Shown: in pieces, positions 17,881-27,000 of the stretch
How the letters are laid out: each line of letters starts with the position of its first letter
How positions within the stretch are numbered: position 1 is the first letter of the stretch
Source: a virus
Virus record (IMG/VR): IMGVR_UViG_3300045988_048750
Strand: one strand, 5' to 3'
Length of the DNA stretch: 57,148 nt
Notes under the pieces: model-generated
The model's database searches: none
What the model was told of the DNA's origin: nothing
Seen by the model: only the letters and a program-made list of their open reading frames with translations
Position numbers and translations under genes: made by a program

Positions 17881-17904
17881 TACTTGTCATAATATACCAT
17901 GCTA
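17881..17904 (-). promoter_or_regulatory. class II promoter-like element (TGGTATATTATGACAAGTA; extended -10-like)
   Basis: TG-n-TATATT followed by GACA; 15 nt upstream of the RBS of 17649..17858. Confidence 0.45.
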
Positions 17905-17919
17905 TTTTTGCGCAAAAAA

Positions 17920-17951
17920 AAAGAGAAGAGCCCTTTCGATCTCAACTCTTT
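17920..17951. terminator. conserved hairpin family, copy C, followed on the minus strand by T9
   Basis: aaagagaagagccctttcgatctcaactcttt, with an A9 run upstream on the plus strand. Confidence 0.55.
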
Positions 17952-18030
17952 AATCGTCTACGAGATATCCAATTTTGTACAGAAACCTTCCAAGTTTGGT
18001 ATAAAACCAATCATGAAAACGTTTAAACAT
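17950..18030 (-). CDS. 26-aa peptide MFKRFHDWFYTKLGRFLYKIGYLVDD
   Basis: GAGAGGAG RBS 7 nt upstream; bracketed by a promoter-like element and the copy C terminator. Confidence 0.3.
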   Translation of the reverse strand: MFKRFHDWFYTKLGRFLYKIGYLVDD

Positions 18031-18048
18031 AATACTCCTCTCATAGCA

Positions 18049-18089
18049 CCTTCGTTAAAGAATTTGTGATTTTTTGCGCAAAAAAAAAT
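18049..18089 (-). promoter_or_regulatory. class I variant element (ccttcgttaaagaa + tttttgcgcaaaaaaaa)
   Basis: same bipartite layout as the other copies, upstream of the 26-aa ORF. Confidence 0.35.
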
Positions 18090-18090
18090 A

Positions 18091-18119
18091 AGAGCCCTTG
18101 TAAAACTTACGCAGGCTCT
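18091..18119. terminator. hairpin AGAGCC-N16-GGCTCT, related to the terminator family
   Basis: 6-bp GC-containing stem downstream of the stop of 18126..18362. Confidence 0.4.
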
Positions 18120-18125
18120 CTGTTG

Positions 18126-18362
18126 TTACTCAGCATCCTCAGAATTCTGCTTGTAATAATTACTCGAAGAAATATGAAGAATAGTACCGAGGAAGGTTAC
18201 CACGGCAGTAATAATACCAGCCACAACATCAGGATAAGGTAGACCAGGCAGCCCGCCCTGAACCAGAACGCCGCTAATTGCAATATACAGAGTAGCAATA
18301 GCAGGAAGAACAATAGTAGTAACATACTTAGCAACCTTATACGTCTTGTCGTCAAGAACCAT
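18126..18362 (-). CDS. holin-like small membrane protein (two TM, charged C-terminus)
   Basis: 78 aa; TM1 IVLPAIATLYIAISGV, TM2 VVAGIITAVVTFLGTIL, tail KQNSEDAE. Confidence 0.4.
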   Translation of the reverse strand: MVLDDKTYKVAKYVTTIVLPAIATLYIAISGVLVQGGLPGLPYPDVVAGIITAVVTFLGTILHISSSNYYKQNSEDAE

Positions 18363-18372
18363 GTTTTTCTCC

Positions 18373-18717
18373 TTAAGAAGTCCTAATAGGAAGATTTTTC
18401 AACTCATTGGCTACTTTACTACCCGATCCGTTTCCACCGTTTTCCGCGTATGGCTCATACAGATATGTAAAGAAGTTTTCATACTCGTCCTTGGTAATAT
18501 AACCTCGTTCGATATACGTCATGCCGAGAGTGATAATACGATCGTGGGCAAGTCCAATAAGCAGTTTCTTCTGCGCCTCTCGATTTTGAGTAGCAATCTC
18601 TTCGCGAGCACGCTTTTCCTCTTCCCTCTGGTCCATGCGTTTCATGATAACGCTCCAGAACCCAGAAGATGCAATAATAGCACACGCAATAGTAACAACA
18701 CACTGAGTTAAGTCCAT
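18373..18717 (-). CDS. membrane-anchored coiled-coil protein
   Basis: N-terminal TM VVTIACAIIASSGFWSVI, then a charged helix. Confidence 0.45.
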   Translation of the reverse strand: MDLTQCVVTIACAIIASSGFWSVIMKRMDQREEEKRAREEIATQNREAQKKLLIGLAHDRIITLGMTYIERGYITKDEYENFFTYLYEPYAENGGNGSGSKVANELKNLPIRTS

Positions 18718-18771
18718 CCCTGTTGCTACCTCCCTATTAGCTTTAATGTCTGTAAAATATAAACTCCATAG

Positions 18772-19041
18772 TCATTCTTCAGCTTCCACCCAGTACCGCG
18801 GATGGACCATTTGATGAATATCATCAAGTAAATGGAAGCTAAATATGATACAATGACCGATCTCGTGAATCAGTACCTTGGTTAGAAATTCTCCAGAGAT
18901 TTGGTTTGATATATAAACTGTCATTGTCTCTAGATCAGTCACAGCGACTGTAGCTTTACCAGTACGATCCACGAGAATCGGATCATTGTAATCAACATAT
19001 CGGATACGCCAAATATCGTCACCTAATTTGAACGTATCCAT
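18772..19041 (-). CDS. small putative zinc metallopeptidase-like protein (HExxH)
   Basis: LIHEIGHCIIFSFHLLDD. Confidence 0.35.
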   Translation of the reverse strand: MDTFKLGDDIWRIRYVDYNDPILVDRTGKATVAVTDLETMTVYISNQISGEFLTKVLIHEIGHCIIFSFHLLDDIHQMVHPRYWVEAEE

Positions 19042-19048
19042 CTTTAGG

Positions 19049-19567
19049 CTAAGACATCTCGTTAACCAAAGAAGTTAGTTGAGACTTCATTTGCTGACGA
19101 AGCGTCGGATCTGCACTATTCCAAATCTCTCGAATGGAAACAATAACAGAGTCGATATGCTCACGTGCTTTGCCATCCATAGAACTCTTGTCCGAGCTAG
19201 AATGGGTCTCAGTATAGTGCTTTCGAGCGTCACGATACTCGTTAAATACTCGACCGTACTTCTCGTCCCAGTCATGATGAGGCATACGAGAATATTCGTC
19301 ATAATCCTCATCAAGATCGATCATAGGAATATAACCGAGACGGCGAGAGCGACTATCACCATCCATACCCTTGACCACAGTCTTATAGTATTTGGCTTTG
19401 GCGCAGTCCTTCTCGGCCTCGTAAATATCCTTGATCATATCAATGACTTCACCGAGCTCGTGAGTGTTAACTTCCTCAAGTTTACCACACAAGGCTTCGC
19501 GAGCAGCACAAGTCAACTCGGCCTTCATATCGCAAAGCTTAGTCATGCTATCATCCATGCTACTCAC
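19049..19567 (-). CDS. acidic hypothetical protein
   Basis: 172-aa ORF, D/E-rich centre. Confidence 0.5.
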   Translation of the reverse strand: MSSMDDSMTKLCDMKAELTCAAREALCGKLEEVNTHELGEVIDMIKDIYEAEKDCAKAKYYKTVVKGMDGDSRSRRLGYIPMIDLDEDYDEYSRMPHHDWDEKYGRVFNEYRDARKHYTETHSSSDKSSMDGKAREHIDSVIVSIREIWNSADPTLRQQMKSQLTSLVNEMS

Positions 19568-19570
19568 TCC

Positions 19571-19972
19571 TTACGCGATACGATGTACGAAAAGTACAGG
19601 ATTAGCACTGACAATAACCGGCACAGTACCAGTGTTTACGACTGTGATACGATCATAATCGCAGCAGCAATTAGCGACCGGAATATCGGTAGACACGTTA
19701 CCCACAGCGTTTGCAGCAGCCGGAGTGTAGATCATAGTTGACTCGTTAATAGTCTCACCGCCGATTGCAAGACTAAGCCGCACGGGCGTACCAGCTGCTG
19801 CGCCAGTTACGTTAGCCCCGAAATGAACTTCGTACGTTCCGCACTTAGCACAAAGCTTGACCGAGCCAGAATTCTTTCGATGGCATTCTGCGCCATTCTT
19901 ACTCTTCAGCAGCACAGTGTCGAAGGTAATATACCTCCAAAGGGCAGAGAGGCCCCGTGAAAATATACTCAA
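19571..19972 (-). CDS. hypothetical protein rich in Gly/Ala/Thr/Val (possible structural or decoration protein); true start uncertain
   Basis: no SD at the annotated start; a 9/10-bp stem-loop (19936-19985) lies inside the predicted 5' end. Confidence 0.35.
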   Translation of the reverse strand: MSIFSRGLSALWRYITFDTVLLKSKNGAECHRKNSGSVKLCAKCGTYEVHFGANVTGAAAGTPVRLSLAIGGETINESTMIYTPAAANAVGNVSTDIPVANCCCDYDRITVVNTGTVPVIVSANPVLFVHRIA

Positions 19973-20050
19973 GCAGAGCCTCTCCGCAGATCAGTTAACT
20001 AAGCCTGGTTGCAGTAGCAGCCCTAGTCCGAGAGTATGAACTAACTGAGT

Positions 20051-20431
20051 TTACGAGGTAACGTCAGAATTACTCGTATTTTCAGCTTCGAGATTTAGTC
20101 GCCAGATGAGTTCTGCAAGGTTCTTATTCATAGCCTCGAGAACATATGAAGAAGTCGGAGGGTCGAACGCGATACGAGTCTTCTGTGACAAATATGTTGC
20201 CACCGCTCCTACGTTCTTAAACCCTCCGATGAAGTCTTCAAATGTCTGAGAGGAATCAGTAACCGTAAACCCATCAGACGGACCAATCCCATTTTGAGTG
20301 AGATCAAGGATGGCAGCGTTTAGAAAAACCAGAATATCCCGATCGAATGCATCGTAGTCCGAACCCAGACCACAAGTCTTCTTAACTGTATCCAAGATGC
20401 TTGCTGTTTTGTCAAACGGCATGATTATCAT
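20051..20431 (-). CDS. hypothetical protein
   Basis: 126-aa ORF. Confidence 0.5.
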   Translation of the reverse strand: MIIMPFDKTASILDTVKKTCGLGSDYDAFDRDILVFLNAAILDLTQNGIGPSDGFTVTDSSQTFEDFIGGFKNVGAVATYLSQKTRIAFDPPTSSYVLEAMNKNLAELIWRLNLEAENTSNSDVTS

Positions 20432-20448
20432 CCTTTATTCGTTAAATA

Positions 20449-20667
20449 TTAGTGAGGAATGTTGAAGAAGTTAGCAGCCTGCTTGGTTGCTTCCTCAGGA
20501 GTGATTCTCATAGTGTTGCAGAGGTTCCTTGCAATCTCCTCGCCCTTCTGAGCATCGCCGCTCTTGACGACATTCAGCATTGCCTGAGCCTGAGGGTTGT
20601 TTGCGATATTAGGATTTGACTGTGCCATGTTAAGAATAGCATTAAGCGGACTTAGCATTGTTATCAC
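20449..20667 (-). CDS. hypothetical protein
   Basis: 72-aa ORF. Confidence 0.45.
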   Translation of the reverse strand: MITMLSPLNAILNMAQSNPNIANNPQAQAMLNVVKSGDAQKGEEIARNLCNTMRITPEEATKQAANFFNIPH

Positions 20668-21067
20668 CCTTCCTCATTACCTGATTAGGCTTGGTGAAAA
20701 GATCCTCAATCTGATCAAGACGTTCATCCATATGAGACATTACCTCATCAAGAGTGACTGTCGGATTGTCGTCCTTAGTATTTGCAGGAAGGTACTCAAG
20801 AGTCTGAATCAGACCGTTGGGCGTCCACTGCTTTGCAATGATCTTAGAGAAGTCCTGAAGCGGGAACATAGCAATTGTCCCATCCATCGGTACGTCATTC
20901 GGAGTAATCTGACTCTCATTTTGAACGACCTTGCCGAAAATAGTCTGCTTTGGAGCGGGCGTTACGTATGGCAGAGTGACATTCTGGTTGCCCGGCAACT
21001 AAGTCTGTGGTGTAGCTGATTGCTGACCTGGAATCTGGCCAATATATGGATTGTACGGCTGCGACAT
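20642..21067 (-). CDS. hypothetical protein interrupted by an in-frame TAG (20999-21001). An RBS-preceded ATG at 21067 gives 22 codons, then the stop, then 118 codons in the same frame
   Basis: GGAGTTTCTC-ATG MSQPYNPYIGQIPGQQSATPQT-TAG-LPGNQNVTLPYV...; the ORF track had to start at the TTG right after the TAG. Confidence 0.4.
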
Positions 21068-21230
21068 GAGAAACTCCTTTCAACGATTTCTTAAATAGAG
21101 TAAGAGGGCATCATAGGGACAATTCTGGATTTAACAATGGAAAGGACAGAAGAACGAAGTTAAATCGAAGAACACCTACGACGTCTTGAACTAACGAATT
21201 GCCCCCAGGATACCCTCTTACTTTGAACTA

Positions 21231-21956
21231 CTAAGAGATCTTCTTGTACTTAGTAGGATTTGAACCGTCACCCTTTGAGATGATAATAGTATCGTCTGAA
21301 GAATCTTGGTTCGATGGTTGCTCAGGTTTAGTTGTAGGCTGCTGGGGAGTCTGAGCAGGTTTCACTCCAGCATAGGCATTCCAGGCGTTTGCGTCTCCAT
21401 AGAAGAGATCCGCGTCAAGATTGCCATTATAGCCGTTTAGTCGACCGTCAGAGCAGAATTGCCACATGCAGACAAGTCCGTCTACATCGGGACAATCCCA
21501 CGATTCGGCCATTTTGAAAGTTGGGTGAGATACTGCTGGATATGAAGCGACCCATCGTCCGCATTCCTTATCCACGCCACCTTGATTGAATCGCCAAGGA
21601 TTTGCGTAGATAATCGGGGAGACTCCCCAGCGGCTACGGACAACTTTGACCCACTCGTTAACCCAGGCGACTGACTGTTTCTCTTCCCAGTCAAGAACAG
21701 GGATGGCGTCCCCCTTGTAGCCAATACAGTTATCGCAGAAGTAGTTCGCCTCTGCAGTAGCGTTACCGGCCTTAGCGTAATGGTATACACCTCGGAGGAT
21801 GCCTGCTTGCTTCGCCTGTTGGAAATGTGGATCACAGTAGGGATTTACGTAATTCGTACCCTCAGTACCCTTAATCACAACGAAATCAATCTGGCCTTTG
21901 ACCGTAGTAAGGTTCAGACCAGACTGATATGACGCGATATCAATACCGTGAAGCAT
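21231..21956 (-). CDS. endolysin, glycoside hydrolase family 25 (lysozyme/muramidase)
   Basis: MLHGIDIASYQSGLNLTTVKGQIDFVVIKGTEGTNYVNPYCD...ILRGVYHYA. Confidence 0.85.
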   Translation of the reverse strand: MLHGIDIASYQSGLNLTTVKGQIDFVVIKGTEGTNYVNPYCDPHFQQAKQAGILRGVYHYAKAGNATAEANYFCDNCIGYKGDAIPVLDWEEKQSVAWVNEWVKVVRSRWGVSPIIYANPWRFNQGGVDKECGRWVASYPAVSHPTFKMAESWDCPDVDGLVCMWQFCSDGRLNGYNGNLDADLFYGDANAWNAYAGVKPAQTPQQPTTKPEQPSNQDSSDDTIIISKGDGSNPTKYKKIS

Positions 21957-21975
21957 GATTTACTCCCATTTTGAT

Positions 21976-22557
21976 TTAGGACTGAGTGATCTGAGTCCAA
22001 ACAGATTCGGAGCCCACGACACCAGGCTCGTAGGTATTAGAATCAATATTAGACTCGTAGATATTACCGTACTTAGTCACTCGGTCACCCTTGTTGTAGA
22101 TATGTCCACTCTCCCACTCAGGAGCAGTCTCACCAGAAGAGGAAGGAAGCACCTTGGTCCAATTCTGAGGACTCTCTACGAGCGACGTGGTAGAAGTCGA
22201 GGTATGAGTCTTAATGGCCTTATACAAAGTGCCGTTATAGAGAACTCGAGTACCTACAGGATATACCACGGAATTGCCGCTCCACTCAGGATAGAGGGCG
22301 GGTACATTCAGAGCCTCATCGTCGGACAATTTCTCAGCCTGCATCATAGCAAGCGTGATAGCAGCGTCCTGAGGAGTACCGGCATTGGGTACAACATCCC
22401 AAACCTGAGTAATAGAGCTGCCATTGTCTCGGAATCGAGACTCAGCATGGTAACCTGTCGGAATATTCGTAGGAGGATCGACCTCTATAACAGGACGACC
22501 AGTAGACAAATCCGGTGTAAGGATTACCATATCGTTTACAAGATTACCGTAAAACAT
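21976..22557 (-). CDS. protein with two CBM5/12-like carbohydrate-binding repeats (tail or lysis accessory)
   Basis: YPEWSGNSVVYPVGTRVLYNGTLYKAIKTH and APEWESGHIYNKGDRVTKYGNIYESN. Confidence 0.5.
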   Translation of the reverse strand: MFYGNLVNDMVILTPDLSTGRPVIEVDPPTNIPTGYHAESRFRDNGSSITQVWDVVPNAGTPQDAAITLAMMQAEKLSDDEALNVPALYPEWSGNSVVYPVGTRVLYNGTLYKAIKTHTSTSTTSLVESPQNWTKVLPSSSGETAPEWESGHIYNKGDRVTKYGNIYESNIDSNTYEPGVVGSESVWTQITQS

Positions 22558-22581
22558 TTTTCACCTTCTTGTGTTGCGTCT

Positions 22582-24087
22582 TCACACCATCGAATGAATA
22601 ATAGCGTAATTAATTCGAATTGGTGCGCTGGAGTTACGATCCAGTACAGCATATATCGTTGCATCGCTGTTTACATAAGTCACACCTTCGACGTGACTAT
22701 AATTAGCCACTCCATCTCCGTTATTCGCTATAATTATTGTTTTTCCAGTCGCATAATCAAATCCATAGTTAGACTTGAATTCTGATAAAGTCCACATGGC
22801 AACCGTGTCCTTATTTTGGACTGTTTTGACCATAGTTCCAGTAATTATTTTTACGGAATTAAGTATAACGTTCACACCATTCAACTTCAGGCTATCAGCT
22901 ATGAGGTTGATGGACCCCCGTGCTACATTGCCTTTCGAATCTGTGCCCTGCGTACTTAGTGTCAACTCGCCTTGACCTGTTGAAGACGTACTACCATGAA
23001 TCTGTGCCATCGACTCTAGTTTGTCATTACTCTTATCGGCAGCGATAAGAAAATCTGGATTACCTGAACCACCGAACTGCAATCCGGCAGTTTTTGGAGC
23101 AGCGCTGAGAATACCGACTGATTTGCCTTGATTTGCAACTTCCATAGGTAGAACTCCTGTTGTAATGGATCGGGCGATAGTCACCGTTCCGGACTTAGTA
23201 TCGGTTAAAGTACACTCGACATAATATACCGAGTTGATTGACGCTGCAAAATGGACATTGACTGTGCCTGATACCTTGTTAAGATCGCCTGTGGGGGTTA
23301 CAGTTACGCCTGTAGCGCTTCCGTCTTGATAGTATCTGCACACGATAGATTTTGCAACATTGCTCGGATAGATAGTCGTGTCTACCTTGTAAGCAAAGCT
23401 GGCATAGCAGTAACCTCCTGAGTAATCTGGAGTCGTAGACGTCATTGAGTTGGTACGGATAGCCAGACCATCGGTAAACTTAGGCGGGACGTATAGAAGT
23501 TTCCATACTGCATATAAAGTATAGTCCTCATCAGGAGTACCGTAGTAGGCCTGACCTGGTTGATACACAGCTGTACCAGTAGAGGTTTCGCTCCAACCAA
23601 GAAATTCATAATTTGTGCGAGTCGGCTTCTGAGATGGTATACTAAGATTCTCTCCATACCACTTATCTGCTCTACCAGGAGCACCGGTACCACCATTCGC
23701 ATCGAATGTGACATAATGATGTGCCAGCGCAGGAACGGTAATCGTCTGACTTGCTGAACTTGTGCCATTCATGTAGCCAGACTGGTTTCGCACCCATCCT
23801 GATAGAGTAACATTATAAGCGTTATGCTTCTTAACAAATCTCTGAGAAGCAGAAGTAATATCCTTCGTACTCCAGGAGCCGGTTGAGGTGTTGAAGCTGG
23901 TGTTGACCTCAGAATCAGTACCGTTAGCACTAGCATGTCCGACAATACCAGTCCAGATTTGAAAACCCCAACCGCAGTCCTGAATACCGACAGTCAGTCC
24001 GGCTGATACGGATGCATCATCCTCGGAGGACCAAGTGTTAATGTAGCAACGCCAGTGATTGGTTGTGTCGCCGTAAATAGTAGCCAA
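22582..24087 (-). CDS. putative receptor-binding protein / tail fibre with a Listeria-Bacteroides repeat (Flg_new) domain
   Basis: YVTFDANGGTGAPGR...YGENLSIP...PTRTNYEFLGWSETSTGTAVYQPGQAY...TLYAVW. Confidence 0.6.
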   Translation of the reverse strand: MATIYGDTTNHWRCYINTWSSEDDASVSAGLTVGIQDCGWGFQIWTGIVGHASANGTDSEVNTSFNTSTGSWSTKDITSASQRFVKKHNAYNVTLSGWVRNQSGYMNGTSSASQTITVPALAHHYVTFDANGGTGAPGRADKWYGENLSIPSQKPTRTNYEFLGWSETSTGTAVYQPGQAYYGTPDEDYTLYAVWKLLYVPPKFTDGLAIRTNSMTSTTPDYSGGYCYASFAYKVDTTIYPSNVAKSIVCRYYQDGSATGVTVTPTGDLNKVSGTVNVHFAASINSVYYVECTLTDTKSGTVTIARSITTGVLPMEVANQGKSVGILSAAPKTAGLQFGGSGNPDFLIAADKSNDKLESMAQIHGSTSSTGQGELTLSTQGTDSKGNVARGSINLIADSLKLNGVNVILNSVKIITGTMVKTVQNKDTVAMWTLSEFKSNYGFDYATGKTIIIANNGDGVANYSHVEGVTYVNSDATIYAVLDRNSSAPIRINYAIIHSMV

Positions 24088-24096
24088 TTGACCCTC

Positions 24097-27000
24097 CTAA
24101 GCAATATAAACCAATTGCATCGATGTACCAGTATCTCGCCACTGATAATGACCCATTTGCACTCGAGAAGCTTTCACCGTGGAAGTAACGCCATCCAACT
24201 CCATGATTGTCTGATTGCCCTGCATGAACTTCTCGCTTGTATTAGTCAGCTTCGTACGGAACGAACTTGACGAACTACCAATTGTCAGAGTAGGTTGGTT
24301 ATTCTCTCTAGCGAATGTCATGTAGTCATCGACATTCTTAACAGTCGTAGACATACCCGAGACAGTTTTCTCAGTCGTCTGGATACGAGAAGTCAGAGAT
24401 GTGGATGTCTGCTCAAGCTGAGACTTAGTAGCATAGCTCGATAGCGTCTCGTTATTGATATACGTAGCGGCTACTGTAGAAGAAATCTGATCGGCACGTT
24501 GATTAATGGCCGAATAAGTTTCTTCTGACGTTAAATGACCAGCCATGAAAATGTTCTGAGACGTTCCGTCTGTTGGCTCAGCTGTTTGATTCAATCCCGA
24601 ATGTTCCCATTTACCAGATCCGCGGTCAACCATATATGAGCCGGTTCCGTAATACCACGGGCAATAGAACCATACATCACAAACGGTACTCGATTTTGCT
24701 CGAACTTGAACTTTAACATTGTCACAGTTCAACCCGAGGGTGACTGTTACGCCAAACGCCACAGAAGCACTAGGTGTTTGCTGAGATCCGTCCTTAATAA
24801 ATATCGAAAAATCGGAATTTTGATTCGCTGAGCCGTTATAGCCATTACCGGTGAATACTTGGATCGAGCAAGTCTGAGAGTCACCAGAAGAAGTCCATGT
24901 TCCGAGTTTAATCCATTTAGCTGAATTGTCTGGTTGGTTTCCTGAAAAAGTATATTTAACCGCAGTTTGATTCACAGTTGGATATTTCTGCATATCAGTT
25001 TTTGTCTGATACGTTTTCGATACTGCTGATGTAATCGAATCTGCAGTCTGCTTGATCTCTGATTGCATCTCGGTCGTAGTGGAATAATCTTCAGGGGCTG
25101 GTGACCAGTCTGTTACTTTATTGCCATATTCTAGTTTAGGAACGCCTATAAAGATTCGTCCTGTTCCAGACGTAATGCGAATCGTTAATGATCCTGTCAT
25201 AGGCGAGGTATACGTTGCTGTGAATTTTCTCCAAGTATTATCCGCCGGGGCTGTTATGTTTCCAATAATAAGGCCATTATCTTCAACGCCTACGTAAAAA
25301 GTTACTGGTGAAGAATCTTCATTTTTATACTTAAACTGTAAAGAATATTGAGTATTCTTTAGATGATACTTCTCCTGTCGAGAGTTATTACATACTCGAC
25401 CACGTCCAGTATTAGCGATCTCTAATACATATACGTTACCTTCTTTTAGACTATCAGTAGGAACAGCATTTATTTTACAATTCTCTTCAGTCGTCCACCC
25501 AGAAGTACCGTTTAGAAAATTTGAATTTAACAGCAAATTCCTACCACCAATACTAACATTGTTGATAGCACTCGTAACTTCAGTCTTAGTTGCTCTTAAA
25601 GCGATAGCCTCACTATTCTGTGTAATCTTTGTCTCGGCCTGGGTTACACGATTCTTAAGAGCATCAACAGCATCCTGAGCCTTCTTAGCATTAGCCTTAG
25701 CTGTATCGGCGGTACTCTGTGCAGCACTAGCAGCATTAGCAGCAGCGTTAGCCTTTGATTGAGCTGAAGCTGCATTCTGCTTAGCAGTGTTTGCGGTACT
25801 CTGTGCCGTATTAGCCAACTCTTTAGCTTTACTCGCAGCAGAGTTGGCACTGTCAGCAGCGGTCTGAGCAGAAGCTACAGCATTCTTAGCAGCTGTTAAC
25901 TCCTCATCAGTCACATCAGCCCTATTTTGAAGATCCTCAAGATTCTTCTGGGCATCACTCAGAGCAGCATTAGCTTTGTTAGCAGCAGCCTGAGCCGCAG
26001 CAGCATTAGCCTTGGCTGTCGAAGCCGCAGTAGCTGCACTAGTAGCGTGTTCTTGGGCCTCGTTGGCAGCAGTCTGAGCAGCTGTAGCCGTCTCATGAGC
26101 AGTGTTAGCCGCAGCAGCAGCATCATTAGCAGCCTTCTGAGCGTTATCAGCAGTAGTCTTTGCGGAAGAAGCATCCGTACGAACCTCTTCCACGCTACTT
26201 ACTGTCTGCTCAATACGATCGCTAAGCTGATTCACAGTAGACTTAGTGGCATAGGTTCTCTCAACTGTATTGGAGAGATTTTTTACAGCCGTATCATCAG
26301 TGTACTTACTGGCTTTGACCCAATCAGATTCAGCATATGTCTGACTGGCAATCTTGGGAGTCTGGCAACGCATGATATCGCCGTTGGAGCCCTGAACCCA
26401 TAAGTCACCAATGTCATAAGGCGGTTTCGGGGTAGTGACAAATATGCGCTTCTTAGCGTTCGCGGTAGTTTGAGCGTTAGCCGCATCAGCCAAAGCCTTA
26501 GTGACCTCGGTATCCTGAATCCTACCCCAAGAATAGACCCCATTTTGATTCATGTAGCGATAGCAGAATCCAGTATGCTTATCGTAGTAAAGGTCTCCGA
26601 GATGAGTCTGACGATCCTTATCGGTAGTCCAATTAACCTCAGGCTCTGTCAATGCATTAGGGATGCCATCGTAGAACCAAGTCTGAATGGCACCATCAAT
26701 CTGATCTTTAAGTCCAGAAATGTCCCCATCAAATTTGCTAACGGCGTTTGCCAAATCAGATGCATTTGACTCAGCTGCTTTCTTAGCCGCATCAGCAGTA
26801 GATTGAGCCGTTTGAGCTGCCTTAGTGGTAGTCTCGAGCTCTTTCTTTGTGCTATACGTCTGAGATACCTCAGTACGGAGTCCAGCAGCAGATTTAGAAA
26901 TCTCAGTTTTGAGATTACTCTCGGTGGCACTCAATTCAGACTTCTTTGTATAGTCCGCTTCCATAGTCTCTTTGACTGTGGTAATCTGACCAGTCAAATC

